Assembly: GCA_039589875.1 (NCBI GenBank)
Contig: JBDHGL010000011.1
Span: 16,282-80,281, forward strand
Length of the DNA: 64,000 nucleotides
Source of the DNA: Gemmatimonadota bacterium
GTDB taxonomy: Bacteria > Gemmatimonadota > Gemmatimonadetes > Palauibacterales > Palauibacteraceae
Direction of reading: 5' to 3'
In this document: positions 1-9,787 of the stretch, piece after piece
Numbering within the stretch: position 1 is the stretch's first letter
How the letters are laid out: every line of letters starts with the position of its first letter
Position numbers and translations under genes: made by a program
Notes under the pieces: model-generated
The model's input: the letters and a program-made list of their open reading frames with translations, nothing else
Told to the model about the DNA's origin: nothing
Databases searched by the model: none

Positions 1-438
1 GATCTCGGCGAGCGGCTCGGTGAGGCCTTCGCTGCGGTCTTCGGGGAGAGCGTCGATTACGCGGTGGTCATCGGCAGCGACCATCCGACGCTTCCGGCGA
101 AATACATCGATCGAGCGTTCGCCGCCCTGATCGGTGCCCACCTGGTCATCGGCCCGTCCCGAGACGGGGGCTACTACCTGATCGGGCTCCGGCGGTACGC
201 GTGGCCGCAAGCCCGCGGCCTCTTCCAGGGTATGCCCTGGTCGACCACCAGGCTGCTAGATGCGACGCGCGAGGCCGCCCGCCGGCTGGACCTGTGTCAC
301 GTTGAGCTTCCGGAGTGGTACGATGTGGATGGACCCTCCGACCTCGAGCGCTTGAGACGCGATGTCCAGCCGGGAAGCCGCACCGCCACGGCGCTCGACG
401 GGCTAGTGCCGGACGAGGCCCCGCGAGGAGGCGACTGA
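1..438 (+). CDS. DUF2064 / TIGR04282-family glycosyltransferase, 5' end cut by window edge
   Basis: Frame 1 is open from nt 1 (DLGERLGEAF...). Motifs VIGSDHPTLP, LVIGPSRDGGYYLIGL and MPWSTTRLL are typical of DUF2064. Stop TGA 436-438. Confidence 0.6.
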   Translation, partial: DLGERLGEAFAAVFGESVDYAVVIGSDHPTLPAKYIDRAFAALIGAHLVIGPSRDGGYYLIGLRRYAWPQARGLFQGMPWSTTRLLDATREAARRLDLCHVELPEWYDVDGPSDLERLRRDVQPGSRTATALDGLVPDEAPRGGD

Positions 439-464
439 TCCGTCCCGGTCTTCGAGCGGCACCC

Positions 465-1352
465 GTGCTGGCCCTCGGCCTGGTCGGTGTCTCCGTGTCG
501 GCGGTGCTCGTTCGACTCGCCGATGCTCCCGCAACCGCGATCGCCTTCTGGCGGCTCACCCTCAGCCTGCTTCTCATCCTCCCGCTCCTGGGCCTCTCCG
601 GCCAATGGAGAGAGGTCAGGGCGCTGCGGCGGTCCGATTGGCGATGGATCGTCCTGGCCGGAGGAGCACTTGCTCTCCACTTCGTCACCTGGTTCCTGTC
701 GCTCGAATACACGAGCGTGGCCAGCTCGACGGTTCTCGTGACGGCTCATCCGCTCTACGTGGGGTTGCTCTCGACGATTTGGCTGCGCGAACCGCCATCG
801 CGCGTCGAGTGGATTGCGATCCTCATCGCCACGGGCGGCGCCGTTTGGATCGGTCGGGGAGATTTCCAGCTCGGTGGCACGGCGCTGCTCGGCGATCTGC
901 TCGCGGCGCTGGCCGCTCTTTTCGCCGCGCTCTACTTCATCGCCGGCCGGAAACTCCGGCGTCAACTCGGCCTGTGGAGTTACGTGGCGCCGGTCTATTT
1001 CCTGGCTGCCGTGCTAACCGGGCTTTCGATGGCGGTCCGCGGCGTACCTGCGGCGGGCTATCCGGCGGGCACGTGGATTCTCTTCGCGGCTATGGCGGTG
1101 GGACCGATGTTGCTCGGGCACACGTCGTTCAACTGGGCGCTGCGTCACGTGCGGGCGTATGTTGTGAGCCTTGCAGTGCTTCTGGAACCGATCGGGGCGA
1201 CCGTTCTCGCGGTGCTCGTACTGGGTGGCGTGGAGCGGCCGACCCTCAATACGGTGACCGGCGGCGTTGCGATTCTCATCGGCATGGCGGTGCTCGTGCG
1301 GGAGCAGGCACGGCGCTCCGCCTCGACGATCCCCGCTACAGACGACGGATAG
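465..1352 (+). CDS. EamA/DMT-family permease
   Basis: About 10 hydrophobic segments in two EamA-like halves (AIAFWRL..., LLEPIGATVLAVLVLGE-like motif). The ORF track starts at 315 inside the upstream gene; GTG 465 is the first plausible start after stop 438 (CTG 435 is an alternative). Confidence 0.75.
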   Translation: MLALGLVGVSVSAVLVRLADAPATAIAFWRLTLSLLLILPLLGLSGQWREVRALRRSDWRWIVLAGGALALHFVTWFLSLEYTSVASSTVLVTAHPLYVGLLSTIWLREPPSRVEWIAILIATGGAVWIGRGDFQLGGTALLGDLLAALAALFAALYFIAGRKLRRQLGLWSYVAPVYFLAAVLTGLSMAVRGVPAAGYPAGTWILFAAMAVGPMLLGHTSFNWALRHVRAYVVSLAVLLEPIGATVLAVLVLGGVERPTLNTVTGGVAILIGMAVLVREQARRSASTIPATDDG

Positions 1353-1356
1353 CGAA

Positions 1357-2379
1357 GTGCGATCGGGCAAGAACACGGTGACGTACAGCCGCGGTGCCGA
1401 GACGGAGTCCGTTCACAACGTGCACGGCATCGTCGTCGGACTCCCCGGCGAAGAGGAGGTCCAGTTCGGAGACTCCGAGCTCCTCGCTTTCTGGCGTTCC
1501 GCCATGAAGCCCTTCCAGGCCATGCCGCTCGTCTCCGATGGCGTGCTGGACACGTTCGGCTTCGATGCGGAAGAGCTGGCTATTTGCTGCGCCTCCCATG
1601 ATGGAACCCCGGCCCACGTCGACATCGTCGGCGCGATGCTCGGCCGTCTCGGCCTCTTCTCAGGCCAGCTCGTGTGTGGCCCCCATCCGCCCTACCACGT
1701 CCCTTCGGCGGAGGCGGTGATTCGGTCCGGCGGTCATTTTACACCGATTCACAACAATTGCTCGGGCAAGCACACGGGCATGCTCGCCCTTGCTCTGTAT
1801 CGCGACTGGCCGCTCCGAGGCTACACGGATCGCGATCATCCCGTCCAGCAGCGCATCCGCCGGGAGCTGAAGGAGTGGCTGGATGTCGATCCGGAGATCC
1901 TCCGCTGGGCGATCGACGGCTGCGGTGTTCCCACTCCCTATTTGTCGCTGAGGCAGATGGCTCGAGCCTACGCGCGCCTAGGCCGTGCCAGTGCGGCTGG
2001 AGAGAAAGGTGCGGCCGAGGTTGTCAGCGCGATGACGAGCCACCCGGAGCTTGTATCCGGGGAGGGCAACTTCTCGACGCGGCTCATGCAGGACACGAGC
2101 GGGCGGATTCTCGCCAAGGAAGGTGCGGAAGGCGTGTTTTGCGCCGCCGATCCGAAGATCGGATGGGGTCTGGCGGCAAAGGTGGGCGATGGCAGCTTCA
2201 GGGCCGCGCCGCCCACCGTCCTCGCGATCCTCGAGGCCTTGGATCTGCTGCAGGAGGAGGAATCCACACGGCTGGCCGACATGCGGGAACCGCTCGTCAT
2301 CAACCGACAGGGCAAGGCGGTCGGCGCCATGCGGGCCGAAGTTTCTCCTCGCGTCGTCGCGGCGGCGGCCCAGCTCTAG
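1357..2379 (+). CDS. Asparaginase-II family protein (Rhizobium-type L-asparaginase, PF06089-like)
   Basis: Motifs MKPFQAMP, CCASHDGTPAHV and IHNNCSGKHTGMLALA. GTG 1357 lies 4 nt after the upstream stop (GTG 1378 is an alternative). Confidence 0.75.
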   Translation: MRSGKNTVTYSRGAETESVHNVHGIVVGLPGEEEVQFGDSELLAFWRSAMKPFQAMPLVSDGVLDTFGFDAEELAICCASHDGTPAHVDIVGAMLGRLGLFSGQLVCGPHPPYHVPSAEAVIRSGGHFTPIHNNCSGKHTGMLALALYRDWPLRGYTDRDHPVQQRIRRELKEWLDVDPEILRWAIDGCGVPTPYLSLRQMARAYARLGRASAAGEKGAAEVVSAMTSHPELVSGEGNFSTRLMQDTSGRILAKEGAEGVFCAADPKIGWGLAAKVGDGSFRAAPPTVLAILEALDLLQEEESTRLADMREPLVINRQGKAVGAMRAEVSPRVVAAAAQL

Positions 2380-2393
2380 ACTCCGGAGGAGAC

Positions 2394-3059
2394 TTGGGCG
2401 AATCCGCGACCACTAATCCCACGCTCGGTCAGGATCGCCAGGCGCTCGTCCGGGTTGCGGCCGCCCAAGCCGCCGGCGATGAGGAGATCCTCCGCACCGC
2501 GCTCCAAGAAACGGCCGATGCCGTCGACTCCGCGGCGTTCGAGGAAGTGCTTCTTCAGTCCTACCTGTTCCTCGGCTTTCCCGCGGCGATCTGGGGTCTG
2601 GGGATCTGGCGCTCCTTCCAGGCGGTCGAATCGATGACGTCGGAGGCTCTGCCGGATTCGAGCTCCAGCGATGCAGTCGAGCGGGCGGAGGAATGGCGGC
2701 GGGCCGGAGAGGCGTTGTGCGCCCGGGTCTACGGAGGCAACTACGAGAAGCTGAGGCGAAACGTGCGTGCCCTACACCCGGCCCTGGATAGTTGGATGGT
2801 CATGGAGGGATACGGGAAAGTGCTGAGCCGTCCCGCGCTCGACCCGATCACACGCGAGCTCTGCATCGTCGCGATCCTAGGAGTGACGCGTTGGGAAGCC
2901 CAGCTGCACTCACATCTTCGAGGGGCGCTCAACTTGGGATCGGACCCGGCGGAGATCGAAGCTGCCCTGGAGATCGGACTGAGTCTGACCGCAGACCATG
3001 TTTGGCGGGATCGGGCCCGATTCCTCTGGGAGCGCGTTCTGGGGCGTTATGTTCGTTGA
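2394..3059 (+). CDS. Carboxymuconolactone decarboxylase (AhpD-like) family protein
   Basis: Only the last ~222 codons of ORF 1674..3059 look coding. TTG 2394 lies after the asparaginase stop. CMD-like C-terminus CIVAILGVTRWEAQLHSHLRGALNLGSDPAEIEAALE. Confidence 0.65.
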   Translation: MGESATTNPTLGQDRQALVRVAAAQAAGDEEILRTALQETADAVDSAAFEEVLLQSYLFLGFPAAIWGLGIWRSFQAVESMTSEALPDSSSSDAVERAEEWRRAGEALCARVYGGNYEKLRRNVRALHPALDSWMVMEGYGKVLSRPALDPITRELCIVAILGVTRWEAQLHSHLRGALNLGSDPAEIEAALEIGLSLTADHVWRDRARFLWERVLGRYVR

Positions 3060-4083
3060 TCAGGCTACGATCCATGTGAAGGGTGGTGCCGGGGGAGCCG
3101 GTGCCATGGCCTTTCGGCGCGAGAAGGGCGTTCCATTCGGAGGTCCGAGTGGTGGCGACGGAGGCTCCGGGGGAGATGTCGTGCTCGTGGCTGATGCGCA
3201 GCTGCACACCCTTCTCGACTACAGCTACCGGCAGCATTACAAAGCGGGCCGGGCGGGACACGGCGAGGGATCGAATCGTACCGGCGCCGACGGGGATGAC
3301 CTGATTCTGCCAGTGCCTCGCGGTACCGTTGTCATGGATGCCGTTACAGAGGAACGGGTAGGCGAGCTCCTCGAAGCCGGAGAACGACTGTTGGTCGCCA
3401 AAGGGGGCCGCGGGGGCCGTGGGAACGCCGCGTTCGCGACGCCTACGCGCCAGGCGCCACGGCACTGGGAGCCAGGGGAGTGGGGGGAGGAGCGCAGTCT
3501 CGTTCTCGAGCTGAAGCTTATCGCGGATGTCGGACTCGTCGGCGAGCCGAACGCCGGGAAATCGACATTGCTGGCGGCCGCCTCCTCCGCCCGTCCTAAA
3601 GTGGCTGCGTACCCTTTCACTACGCTCGAGCCGAACCTCGGCGTCGTGGAGCTGTCCGACGCAAGGCGCTTCGTCATTGCCGACATTCCCGGGCTGATCG
3701 AGGGTGCGCACGAGGGGAAGGGGCTGGGCACGCAATTCCTCAGACACATCGAGCGCACGCGGACGCTCGCTCTCCTCGTTCCGGTGGATGCTCCGGATCT
3801 CCAGAGCGCATATGAGCTGCTTCGGCGGGAGCTACTGTCGCACGACGCCGCTCTTGGCGGCATCCCGTTCTGTGTCCTGCTCACGAAGGTCGATCTGCTA
3901 CCACCTCGGAGAGAGTTGCCGCTCGAAGCCTCGGAATCGTGGGGCGTCTTCGAGCTGTCGTCTGTGACTCGAGAGGGACTGCCGGAACTGCTCGAAGCGC
4001 TGTGGAAGCAGGTCCAGATTGCCAGACGCGATGATGAGACCGAGGAGGAGACCTTCCCGGATCTGGGAGAATGGAGCGGCTGA
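3049..4083 (+). CDS. obg: GTPase Obg/CgtA
   Basis: MFVDQATIHVKGGAGGAGAMAFRREK, glycine-rich Obg fold, G1 GEPNAGKSTLL, G3 DIPGLIEGA. Confidence 0.95.
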   Translation: MFVDQATIHVKGGAGGAGAMAFRREKGVPFGGPSGGDGGSGGDVVLVADAQLHTLLDYSYRQHYKAGRAGHGEGSNRTGADGDDLILPVPRGTVVMDAVTEERVGELLEAGERLLVAKGGRGGRGNAAFATPTRQAPRHWEPGEWGEERSLVLELKLIADVGLVGEPNAGKSTLLAAASSARPKVAAYPFTTLEPNLGVVELSDARRFVIADIPGLIEGAHEGKGLGTQFLRHIERTRTLALLVPVDAPDLQSAYELLRRELLSHDAALGGIPFCVLLTKVDLLPPRRELPLEASESWGVFELSSVTREGLPELLEALWKQVQIARRDDETEEETFPDLGEWSG

Positions 4084-5243
4084 GGGCCGAAGAGCCGCGT
4101 TCTCTGCAGGAAGAGCTGAGGGCGGCCCTGGCCCTCTCCGAGGCACCGGGCCTCGGCCCGGCACGCGTCCGGGTGCTCATCGACCGGTTCGGCTCGGCGC
4201 CGGCGGTGCTCGAGGCCCGCGGATCCGAAGACCTGCCGCCGACGATCCGGCGCCTGATACGCTCCCTTCGCCCGGCACCAGCCAGCCGTCTGCGAGAGCT
4301 GGGCGATCGTGGGATCCGTCTGCTTGCCTACGGCTCTGGTGGCTACCCTGAAGAGCTCCGGCATCTGCATGACCCGCCTCCTGTTCTCTACCTCCGCGGG
4401 CCGGTGTCCCCGCCCGAGGGGCGAGGTGTCGCGGTTGTCGGCACCCGGAGAGCGACCTCCTATGGTCGGCGGCTCGCGGGCGAAATCGCGTCGGACCTAG
4501 CCGAGTCGGGATGGACGGTGGTAAGCGGGTTGGCTCGTGGGATCGACGGGGCCGCCCATGCGGCCTCGCTCAGGAGCGGAGGGTCCACGATCGGCGTGCT
4601 CGGCTCAGGTCTGAATTTCACCTACCCGGCCGTCCACCGACCCCTGTACCGGCGGATGAGCGAGCAGGGGCTGCTCCTGAGCGAGTTCACTCCGTGTACC
4701 CGGCCGGCGCCGGGGCTTTTTCCGCGACGAAACCGGATCATCGCGGCCCTCGCACGGGCGGTCGTCGTCGTCCAGGCGCCGGCTCGGAGCGGAGCCCTGA
4801 TCACGGCGGACCACGCGCTGGATCTCGGGCGTGAGGTACTCGCGGTTCCAGGTCCGGTCGGCCTGGAAGCGAGCGTCGGTGTCCACCGCCTCCTGGCAGC
4901 GGGCGCCGGGGTCGCGACGTGCGCGGCGGATGTCCTGGAGGCCCTGGGTGAGGTAGGCCGACGGGTCGCTGAACCCGGCCGTCGTGCGTCGCGCCCCGGC
5001 GGGTTGCCTGCCGCCGACTCGGGCGAGGAGCCTAGTCGCCCTATGCTCCAAAGACTGGTCGAGGGCCCGGCGACTGCCGATGAGCTGATTCGGACGACGG
5101 ATCGGCCCGTTCCGGAGGCCCTCGCCCTTCTTGCGAAGCTGGAACTGGAGGGGATTTTGCAGCGTGAGCCCGATGGAAGGTTCATTCGTACGTCCGGATC
5201 AGCGGTAAGCGCATCGGGGAAGCTGGAACGGATCCGCCTCTGA
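4071..5243 (+). CDS. dprA: DNA-processing protein DprA (Smf)
   Basis: GLARGIDGAAHAASL, GSGLNFTYPAVHRPLY, FPRRNRIIAAL, and a C-terminal winged-helix-like tail. 13-nt overlap with obg. Confidence 0.9.
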   Translation: MERLRAEEPRSLQEELRAALALSEAPGLGPARVRVLIDRFGSAPAVLEARGSEDLPPTIRRLIRSLRPAPASRLRELGDRGIRLLAYGSGGYPEELRHLHDPPPVLYLRGPVSPPEGRGVAVVGTRRATSYGRRLAGEIASDLAESGWTVVSGLARGIDGAAHAASLRSGGSTIGVLGSGLNFTYPAVHRPLYRRMSEQGLLLSEFTPCTRPAPGLFPRRNRIIAALARAVVVVQAPARSGALITADHALDLGREVLAVPGPVGLEASVGVHRLLAAGAGVATCAADVLEALGEVGRRVAEPGRRASRPGGLPAADSGEEPSRPMLQRLVEGPATADELIRTTDRPVPEALALLAKLELEGILQREPDGRFIRTSGSAVSASGKLERIRL

Positions 5244-5321
5244 ACGCGTATCGAAGGACGATCTGAACGCCGCAACGTTCTGCTGTTGCGGCCCGTTGGA
5301 GCGTCACGGAGCGAAAGGCAG

Positions 5322-6359
5322 ATGCAGGACGACCTGAACGATCGAGAAAGAGCCGTTCTCGTAGCCGTTCTCGAGTCTTATATCGATACGGCGGAGCCGG
5401 CGGGGTCTCGAACGATCGCGATGCAGTACGGGCTGGGCGTTTCGCCGGCCACCGTAAGGAACACGATGGCGGATCTGGAAACCAAGGGATTCCTTACGCA
5501 TCCGCATCCTTCGGCTGGCCGCATGCCCACGGACCTGGCCTACCGTTACTACGTGGACGAGCTGATGGGGCCTCAGCCGCTCTCGGCTCCACAGCAGGTC
5601 CGCATCGAGCATGCGCTCATCGCCAGCCAGGCGAGCGCGATCGAAGAGCTCATTTCACGTGCGGCGTCCGTCCTCAGCCTGTTGACCGGGGAGCTCGGCC
5701 TGGCGATCGGCCCGGCTCTCTCCAGCGCCGTCTTGAGACGACTGGACCTGGTGCAGGTGGACTCCGAGAAAGTGCTGCTGGTCTTCACGCTCGAATCCGG
5801 TGTCGTCCGGACCGTCTACGTGGATCTACAGAGCGGCCTGCCCCGTCAGACGCTGGTCTCGCTCGCCTCGATTCTCAACGAGCGGCTGGCGGGAAGCACG
5901 CTCGAGGACATACAGGCGTCGCTTGGTGAGCGCCTGCGCGACATCGATTTCGACGGCGCGGACGATCTGATCAACATCTTCGTCCAATCTGGCCCGGAGA
6001 TATTCGACTGGGTGGCGACCAACCGGCGCGTGCACCTCGGGACGGCGTCCGTTCTGGCGGACCAGCCCGAGTTCACGAGCCAAGAGGGGCTGCGGCAGCT
6101 GATCGAGCTTACGGAGCAACGGGACCTCCTCGCATCTCTCCTCGGCGACAGGATCGCCGACGGGGGACCTCAGATCACGATCGGCACCGAACATCAGGCC
6201 CCGGAGCTCCTGGACCTTACAGTCGTGACCGCGAACTATTCGATCGGGCACTTGCACGGTGTCGTAGGCGTGATCGGCCCCACCCGCATGCCGTACAACA
6301 AAGTGGTGGCTGTCGTCGACTGCACATCCTCGCTCGTCTCCCGCCTGATGCAGCACTGA
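5322..6359 (+). CDS. hrcA: Heat-inducible transcription repressor HrcA
   Basis: LNDRERAVLVAVLESYIDTAEPAGSRTIA...GVSPATVRNTMADLE. ATG 5322 is preceded by GAAAGG. Confidence 0.9.
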   Translation: MQDDLNDRERAVLVAVLESYIDTAEPAGSRTIAMQYGLGVSPATVRNTMADLETKGFLTHPHPSAGRMPTDLAYRYYVDELMGPQPLSAPQQVRIEHALIASQASAIEELISRAASVLSLLTGELGLAIGPALSSAVLRRLDLVQVDSEKVLLVFTLESGVVRTVYVDLQSGLPRQTLVSLASILNERLAGSTLEDIQASLGERLRDIDFDGADDLINIFVQSGPEIFDWVATNRRVHLGTASVLADQPEFTSQEGLRQLIELTEQRDLLASLLGDRIADGGPQITIGTEHQAPELLDLTVVTANYSIGHLHGVVGVIGPTRMPYNKVVAVVDCTSSLVSRLMQH

Positions 6360-6386
6360 AGCCTCATTGGGATTCTGACGCTATAG

Positions 6387-7523
6387 ATGGCTGACTACTA
6401 CGAGACTCTGGGGGTCGCGCGACAAGCGAGCTCCGATGAGATCAAGAGGGCGTACCGGAAGCTCGCGATGCGCTACCACCCGGACCGGAACGACACGCCG
6501 GACGCCGAGGCGCAGTTCAAGGAGGTCACGCAAGCCTACGAGGTACTGCGGGATCCCAAGCAGCGAGACCTCTACGACCGATACGGCGACGCCGGCATTC
6601 GGCGTGGTGCGGGCGACTTCGGCATGGGCGGGTTCAGCTTCGCCGACGCATTCGAAGTCTTCATGAGGGAGTTCGGCGGAAGCGGTGCCTTCGGCGATCT
6701 GTTCCAGGAACGGCGCCGAGCCGGACCGCGCCGCGGCAGCGATGCGAAGGTCCGGTTGCGGATCACGCTAGCCGAGAGCGCTACCGGCGTGAAGAAGACC
6801 CTCCGCGTGCGATTGTTGGACCGGTGCGATCGGTGCGAGGGAAGCGGAGCCGAACCCGGAACCTCGCCGATCACCTGCAGCACCTGCCAAGGGAGCGGCG
6901 AGGTGCGCAGCGTGCAGCGGTCGCTTCTCGGTCAGTTCGTTAGCGTGCGGCCCTGTCCCGACTGCGGAGGGGACGGGCAGAGAATCGAGAATCGCTGCGA
7001 CGAGTGCGACGGGCACGGCCGGCTACAGCGTGAGAAGAAGATCTCGATCGACGTGCCGCCCGGTGTGTCTTCGGAGGACTTCCTTCGTCTTTCGGGGCGC
7101 GGGAGCGCGGGTCCGAAGGGTGGTCCGGCAGGGGATCTCCTCGTGGCGATCGAGGTCGAAGAGGATCCGCGGTTCGAGCGGCACGGCGATGACCTCATCC
7201 ACAACCTCGCCATCACCTTTACGCAAGCGGCGTTGGGAGCCGACGTCGAGGTTCCGACGATCGACGATATTGCGGAGCTGGAGATTCCGGCCGGAATTCA
7301 GAGCGGGCAGGCACTCCGGCTTCGCGGTCGCGGCATGCCGCGCCTGCGAGGGCAGGGCCGAGGCGACCAGATCGTGCGTGTTCTCATCTGGACGCCGACC
7401 AAGCTGTCCGGCGACCAGCGGGAGGCTCTCGAGAGACTGGCGGAGCTGGAGGAAGCGCCGCCGGTGCCCGATACTCGCGAGCCGGGCTTCTGGGAGCGGG
7501 TGAAACAGGCGTTTAGCGCCTAA
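6387..7523 (+). CDS. dnaJ: Molecular chaperone DnaJ
   Basis: J domain YYETLGV...HPDRN, G/F region, four CxxCxGxG zinc-finger repeats. Confidence 0.97.
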   Translation: MADYYETLGVARQASSDEIKRAYRKLAMRYHPDRNDTPDAEAQFKEVTQAYEVLRDPKQRDLYDRYGDAGIRRGAGDFGMGGFSFADAFEVFMREFGGSGAFGDLFQERRRAGPRRGSDAKVRLRITLAESATGVKKTLRVRLLDRCDRCEGSGAEPGTSPITCSTCQGSGEVRSVQRSLLGQFVSVRPCPDCGGDGQRIENRCDECDGHGRLQREKKISIDVPPGVSSEDFLRLSGRGSAGPKGGPAGDLLVAIEVEEDPRFERHGDDLIHNLAITFTQAALGADVEVPTIDDIAELEIPAGIQSGQALRLRGRGMPRLRGQGRGDQIVRVLIWTPTKLSGDQREALERLAELEEAPPVPDTREPGFWERVKQAFSA

Positions 7524-8239
7524 TCCAGCAGGGCAGCCGCCTCCTCGTCCAAGACCCACTTTCCACCCCTGGCCAGCTGCGCCGGGCAGGCTGACACGTC
7601 GGGATCTCCGAGCAGAGCCTGCGCGACCGGTCTGGCCTTCTCCGACCCGCTCGCCAGCACGCAGATCTGCCGAGCCGCACGGATGACGACCGGTGTGATC
7701 GTCAGCCGGCCTCTCGGTGGAACCGGGCTCTCGGCCACCGCGACGCGGCGTGTCGTCTCTTCCAGGTTCCGCGAGCCGGGAAACAGAGAAGCCGTGTGGC
7801 CGTCCCCTCCGATACCCAGAACCAGCAGATCGATGGCGTCCGGCAGAGAGCGGTCGTATCGCGCCGCCGCTTCGGCCAGCTCGGGCCGATCAGCCTCCAT
7901 TCTGTGTACGGCGCGCGGATCTGCCGGCAGGAGGTCGAGGAGGGTTCGGCGGATGAGGTGGTAGTTGCTCGCTTCGTCTTCGGGTGGGACCGCTCGCTCG
8001 TCGGCGAAGTAGATATCGACCCGCGCCCAATCAACGTTGCCGGCGCGGGCCAGGCTCTCGTACACCGGGCCCGGGGTCGAGCCGCCCGACAGAGCGAGGA
8101 AGAGCTGGCTTCCGGTCGGATCGGCGAGTTCCTCCGCGAGAGCCGCGGCGGCGACGGCCGGGAACGTGGCGGAGCGGCTGACGAGGATCTGGGAGCTTCC
8201 CAACCGACGGCGTTGGAGGAGCTGGCTTTCGCTCCGCAT
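7520..8239 (-). CDS. pgl: 6-phosphogluconolactonase
   Basis: ALSGGSTP, FADERAVPPEDEASNY, LGIGGDGHTASLFPGS. ATG 8239 is 2 nt after the zwf stop (GTG 8257 is an alternative). Confidence 0.9.
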   Translation of the reverse strand: MRSESQLLQRRRLGSSQILVSRSATFPAVAAAALAEELADPTGSQLFLALSGGSTPGPVYESLARAGNVDWARVDIYFADERAVPPEDEASNYHLIRRTLLDLLPADPRAVHRMEADRPELAEAAARYDRSLPDAIDLLVLGIGGDGHTASLFPGSRNLEETTRRVAVAESPVPPRGRLTITPVVIRAARQICVLASGSEKARPVAQALLGDPDVSACPAQLARGGKWVLDEEAAALLD

Positions 8240-8241
8240 GC

Positions 8242-9786
8242 TCAGCGGTTTCGCCACGCGCGGCCGTCACGGCCGATCAGAGAATCCGCGGCAGCCGGGC
8301 CCCAGGAGCTTGCCCTGTAGTTGGGGAAATCGTCGGCCGGCTCGCTCTCCGAACGCTCGACGATCGGGTCGACCGTCCGCCAGGCTTCCGAGATCCAGTC
8401 GGCGCGAGCGAAGAGGGTCTGGTCCCCCTGCATGACGTCGAGGAGAAGCCAGGCGTATGCCCGTGGTGGCTCCTCGACGCCGAACGCGTCCGCGTAGCGG
8501 AAGTCCATCGTAACGTCGCGCAGGGCGATATCCGGGCCCGGCTGCTTGGCGATGAACCGCTGGATGATGCTCTCCTCCGGCTGAAGCCGAAAGGCGAGGA
8601 CGTTCGGAGGCACGGTGTCGCCCTCGCTTCGCGGAAACATGACATGCGGGGTCGGCTTGAACTGGATCGCGACCTCGGTGAGCTTCCGAGGCATCCGCTT
8701 CCCGGTCCGCAGGTAGAACGGCACGTCGGCCCATCGCCAGTTATCCAGCCCGAGCCTGATCGCTGCGAAGGTGAGAGTGTTCGAGCCTGCCTTCACGCCG
8801 TCCTCCTCCCGGTAACCGCGAGCGGCCTCGTGATCGACCTCACCCGGGCCGTATTGCCCGAGCACAACGTCGCTCTCCAGGTCGACGGGCTTCCGGTTCA
8901 CCGCCTCGAGGATTTTCACGGTCTCGTCGCGCAGCGACGCGCCGTCGAAGTTTACCGGCGGCTCGATCGCCGTCATGCAGAGGAGCTGCAGCAGGTGGTT
9001 CTGGACCATATCGCGGACGACGCCGGTCTTCTCGTAGAAGGCGGCCCGCGTGCCGATCCCGATCTCCTCCGCCACGGTGATTTGCACGTGATCTATATAG
9101 TTCCGGTTCCAGATCGGCTCGAAGGCTGGATTGGCGAACCGGAAGACCAACATGTTCTGCACCGTTTCCTTACCGAGGAAATGGTCGATCCGGTAGATCT
9201 GATCCTCGCGAAACGTGCTTCGCAGCTGACGATCCAGCTCGATCGCGCTGCTCCGGTTCTCTCCGAAGGGCTTCTCGATCACGAGCCGACGCCAGCCACC
9301 TTCGCTCTGCGCTAGACCGGCGGTAGAGAGACGATCCGCGATCGTCCCGAAGGTCGAGGGCGGCATCGCGAGATGAAAGAAGACATTGTCCGGGATGTCG
9401 CCGTCCTCCGCGGCGGACGCGATCTCATCCCGCAGCGCCGCGTAGCCCTCCTCCACCGGGCCGGTTGCATCTCCCGGTACGTAGCGCAGCCGCGCGGCAA
9501 AGTCATCCCATGCCTCGGGGTGCCAGGCGCAGGCTCCCTCGATCGCCTTCCGCGTCACCTGTCGGTAGTGCTCCGAGGTCCAGTCCCGGCGTGCGAATCC
9601 GATGATCGCAAAACGATCCGGCAGCAACCGCTTGCAGTAGAGCTCGAAGAGCGAGGGAAGAAGCTCGGTCCGGGCGAGGTCGCCGGTCGCCCCGAAGATG
9701 ACTGCTACGCACGGGTCGGCCGGGGCGCCACGCGTTATGCCGCCGTCCGTCACCTTCGGGATGTGGGCCCGTCGCTGCGCGGGCAC
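8242..9786 (-). CDS. zwf: Glucose-6-phosphate 1-dehydrogenase
   Basis: IFGATGDLARTELLPSLF, RIDHFLGKETVQN, EKPFG. GTG start 1 nt after the gnd stop. Confidence 0.97.
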   Translation of the reverse strand: MPAQRRAHIPKVTDGGITRGAPADPCVAVIFGATGDLARTELLPSLFELYCKRLLPDRFAIIGFARRDWTSEHYRQVTRKAIEGACAWHPEAWDDFAARLRYVPGDATGPVEEGYAALRDEIASAAEDGDIPDNVFFHLAMPPSTFGTIADRLSTAGLAQSEGGWRRLVIEKPFGENRSSAIELDRQLRSTFREDQIYRIDHFLGKETVQNMLVFRFANPAFEPIWNRNYIDHVQITVAEEIGIGTRAAFYEKTGVVRDMVQNHLLQLLCMTAIEPPVNFDGASLRDETVKILEAVNRKPVDLESDVVLGQYGPGEVDHEAARGYREEDGVKAGSNTLTFAAIRLGLDNWRWADVPFYLRTGKRMPRKLTEVAIQFKPTPHVMFPRSEGDTVPPNVLAFRLQPEESIIQRFIAKQPGPDIALRDVTMDFRYADAFGVEEPPRAYAWLLLDVMQGDQTLFARADWISEAWRTVDPIVERSESEPADDFPNYRASSWGPAAADSLIGRDGRAWRNR

Positions 9787-9787
9787 C

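Noticed and set aside
1741-1760. TTCACAA Rex half-site inside the asparaginase-like gene
   Set aside because: There is no matching TTGTGAA arm at the 4-nt spacing (3/7 matches), and it is intragenic.
1674-2393. N-terminal 240 codons of the 461-aa ORF 1674..3059
   Set aside because: This part overlaps the asparaginase-like gene in another frame and is R/G-rich. Only the portion after TTG 2394 is CMD-like.
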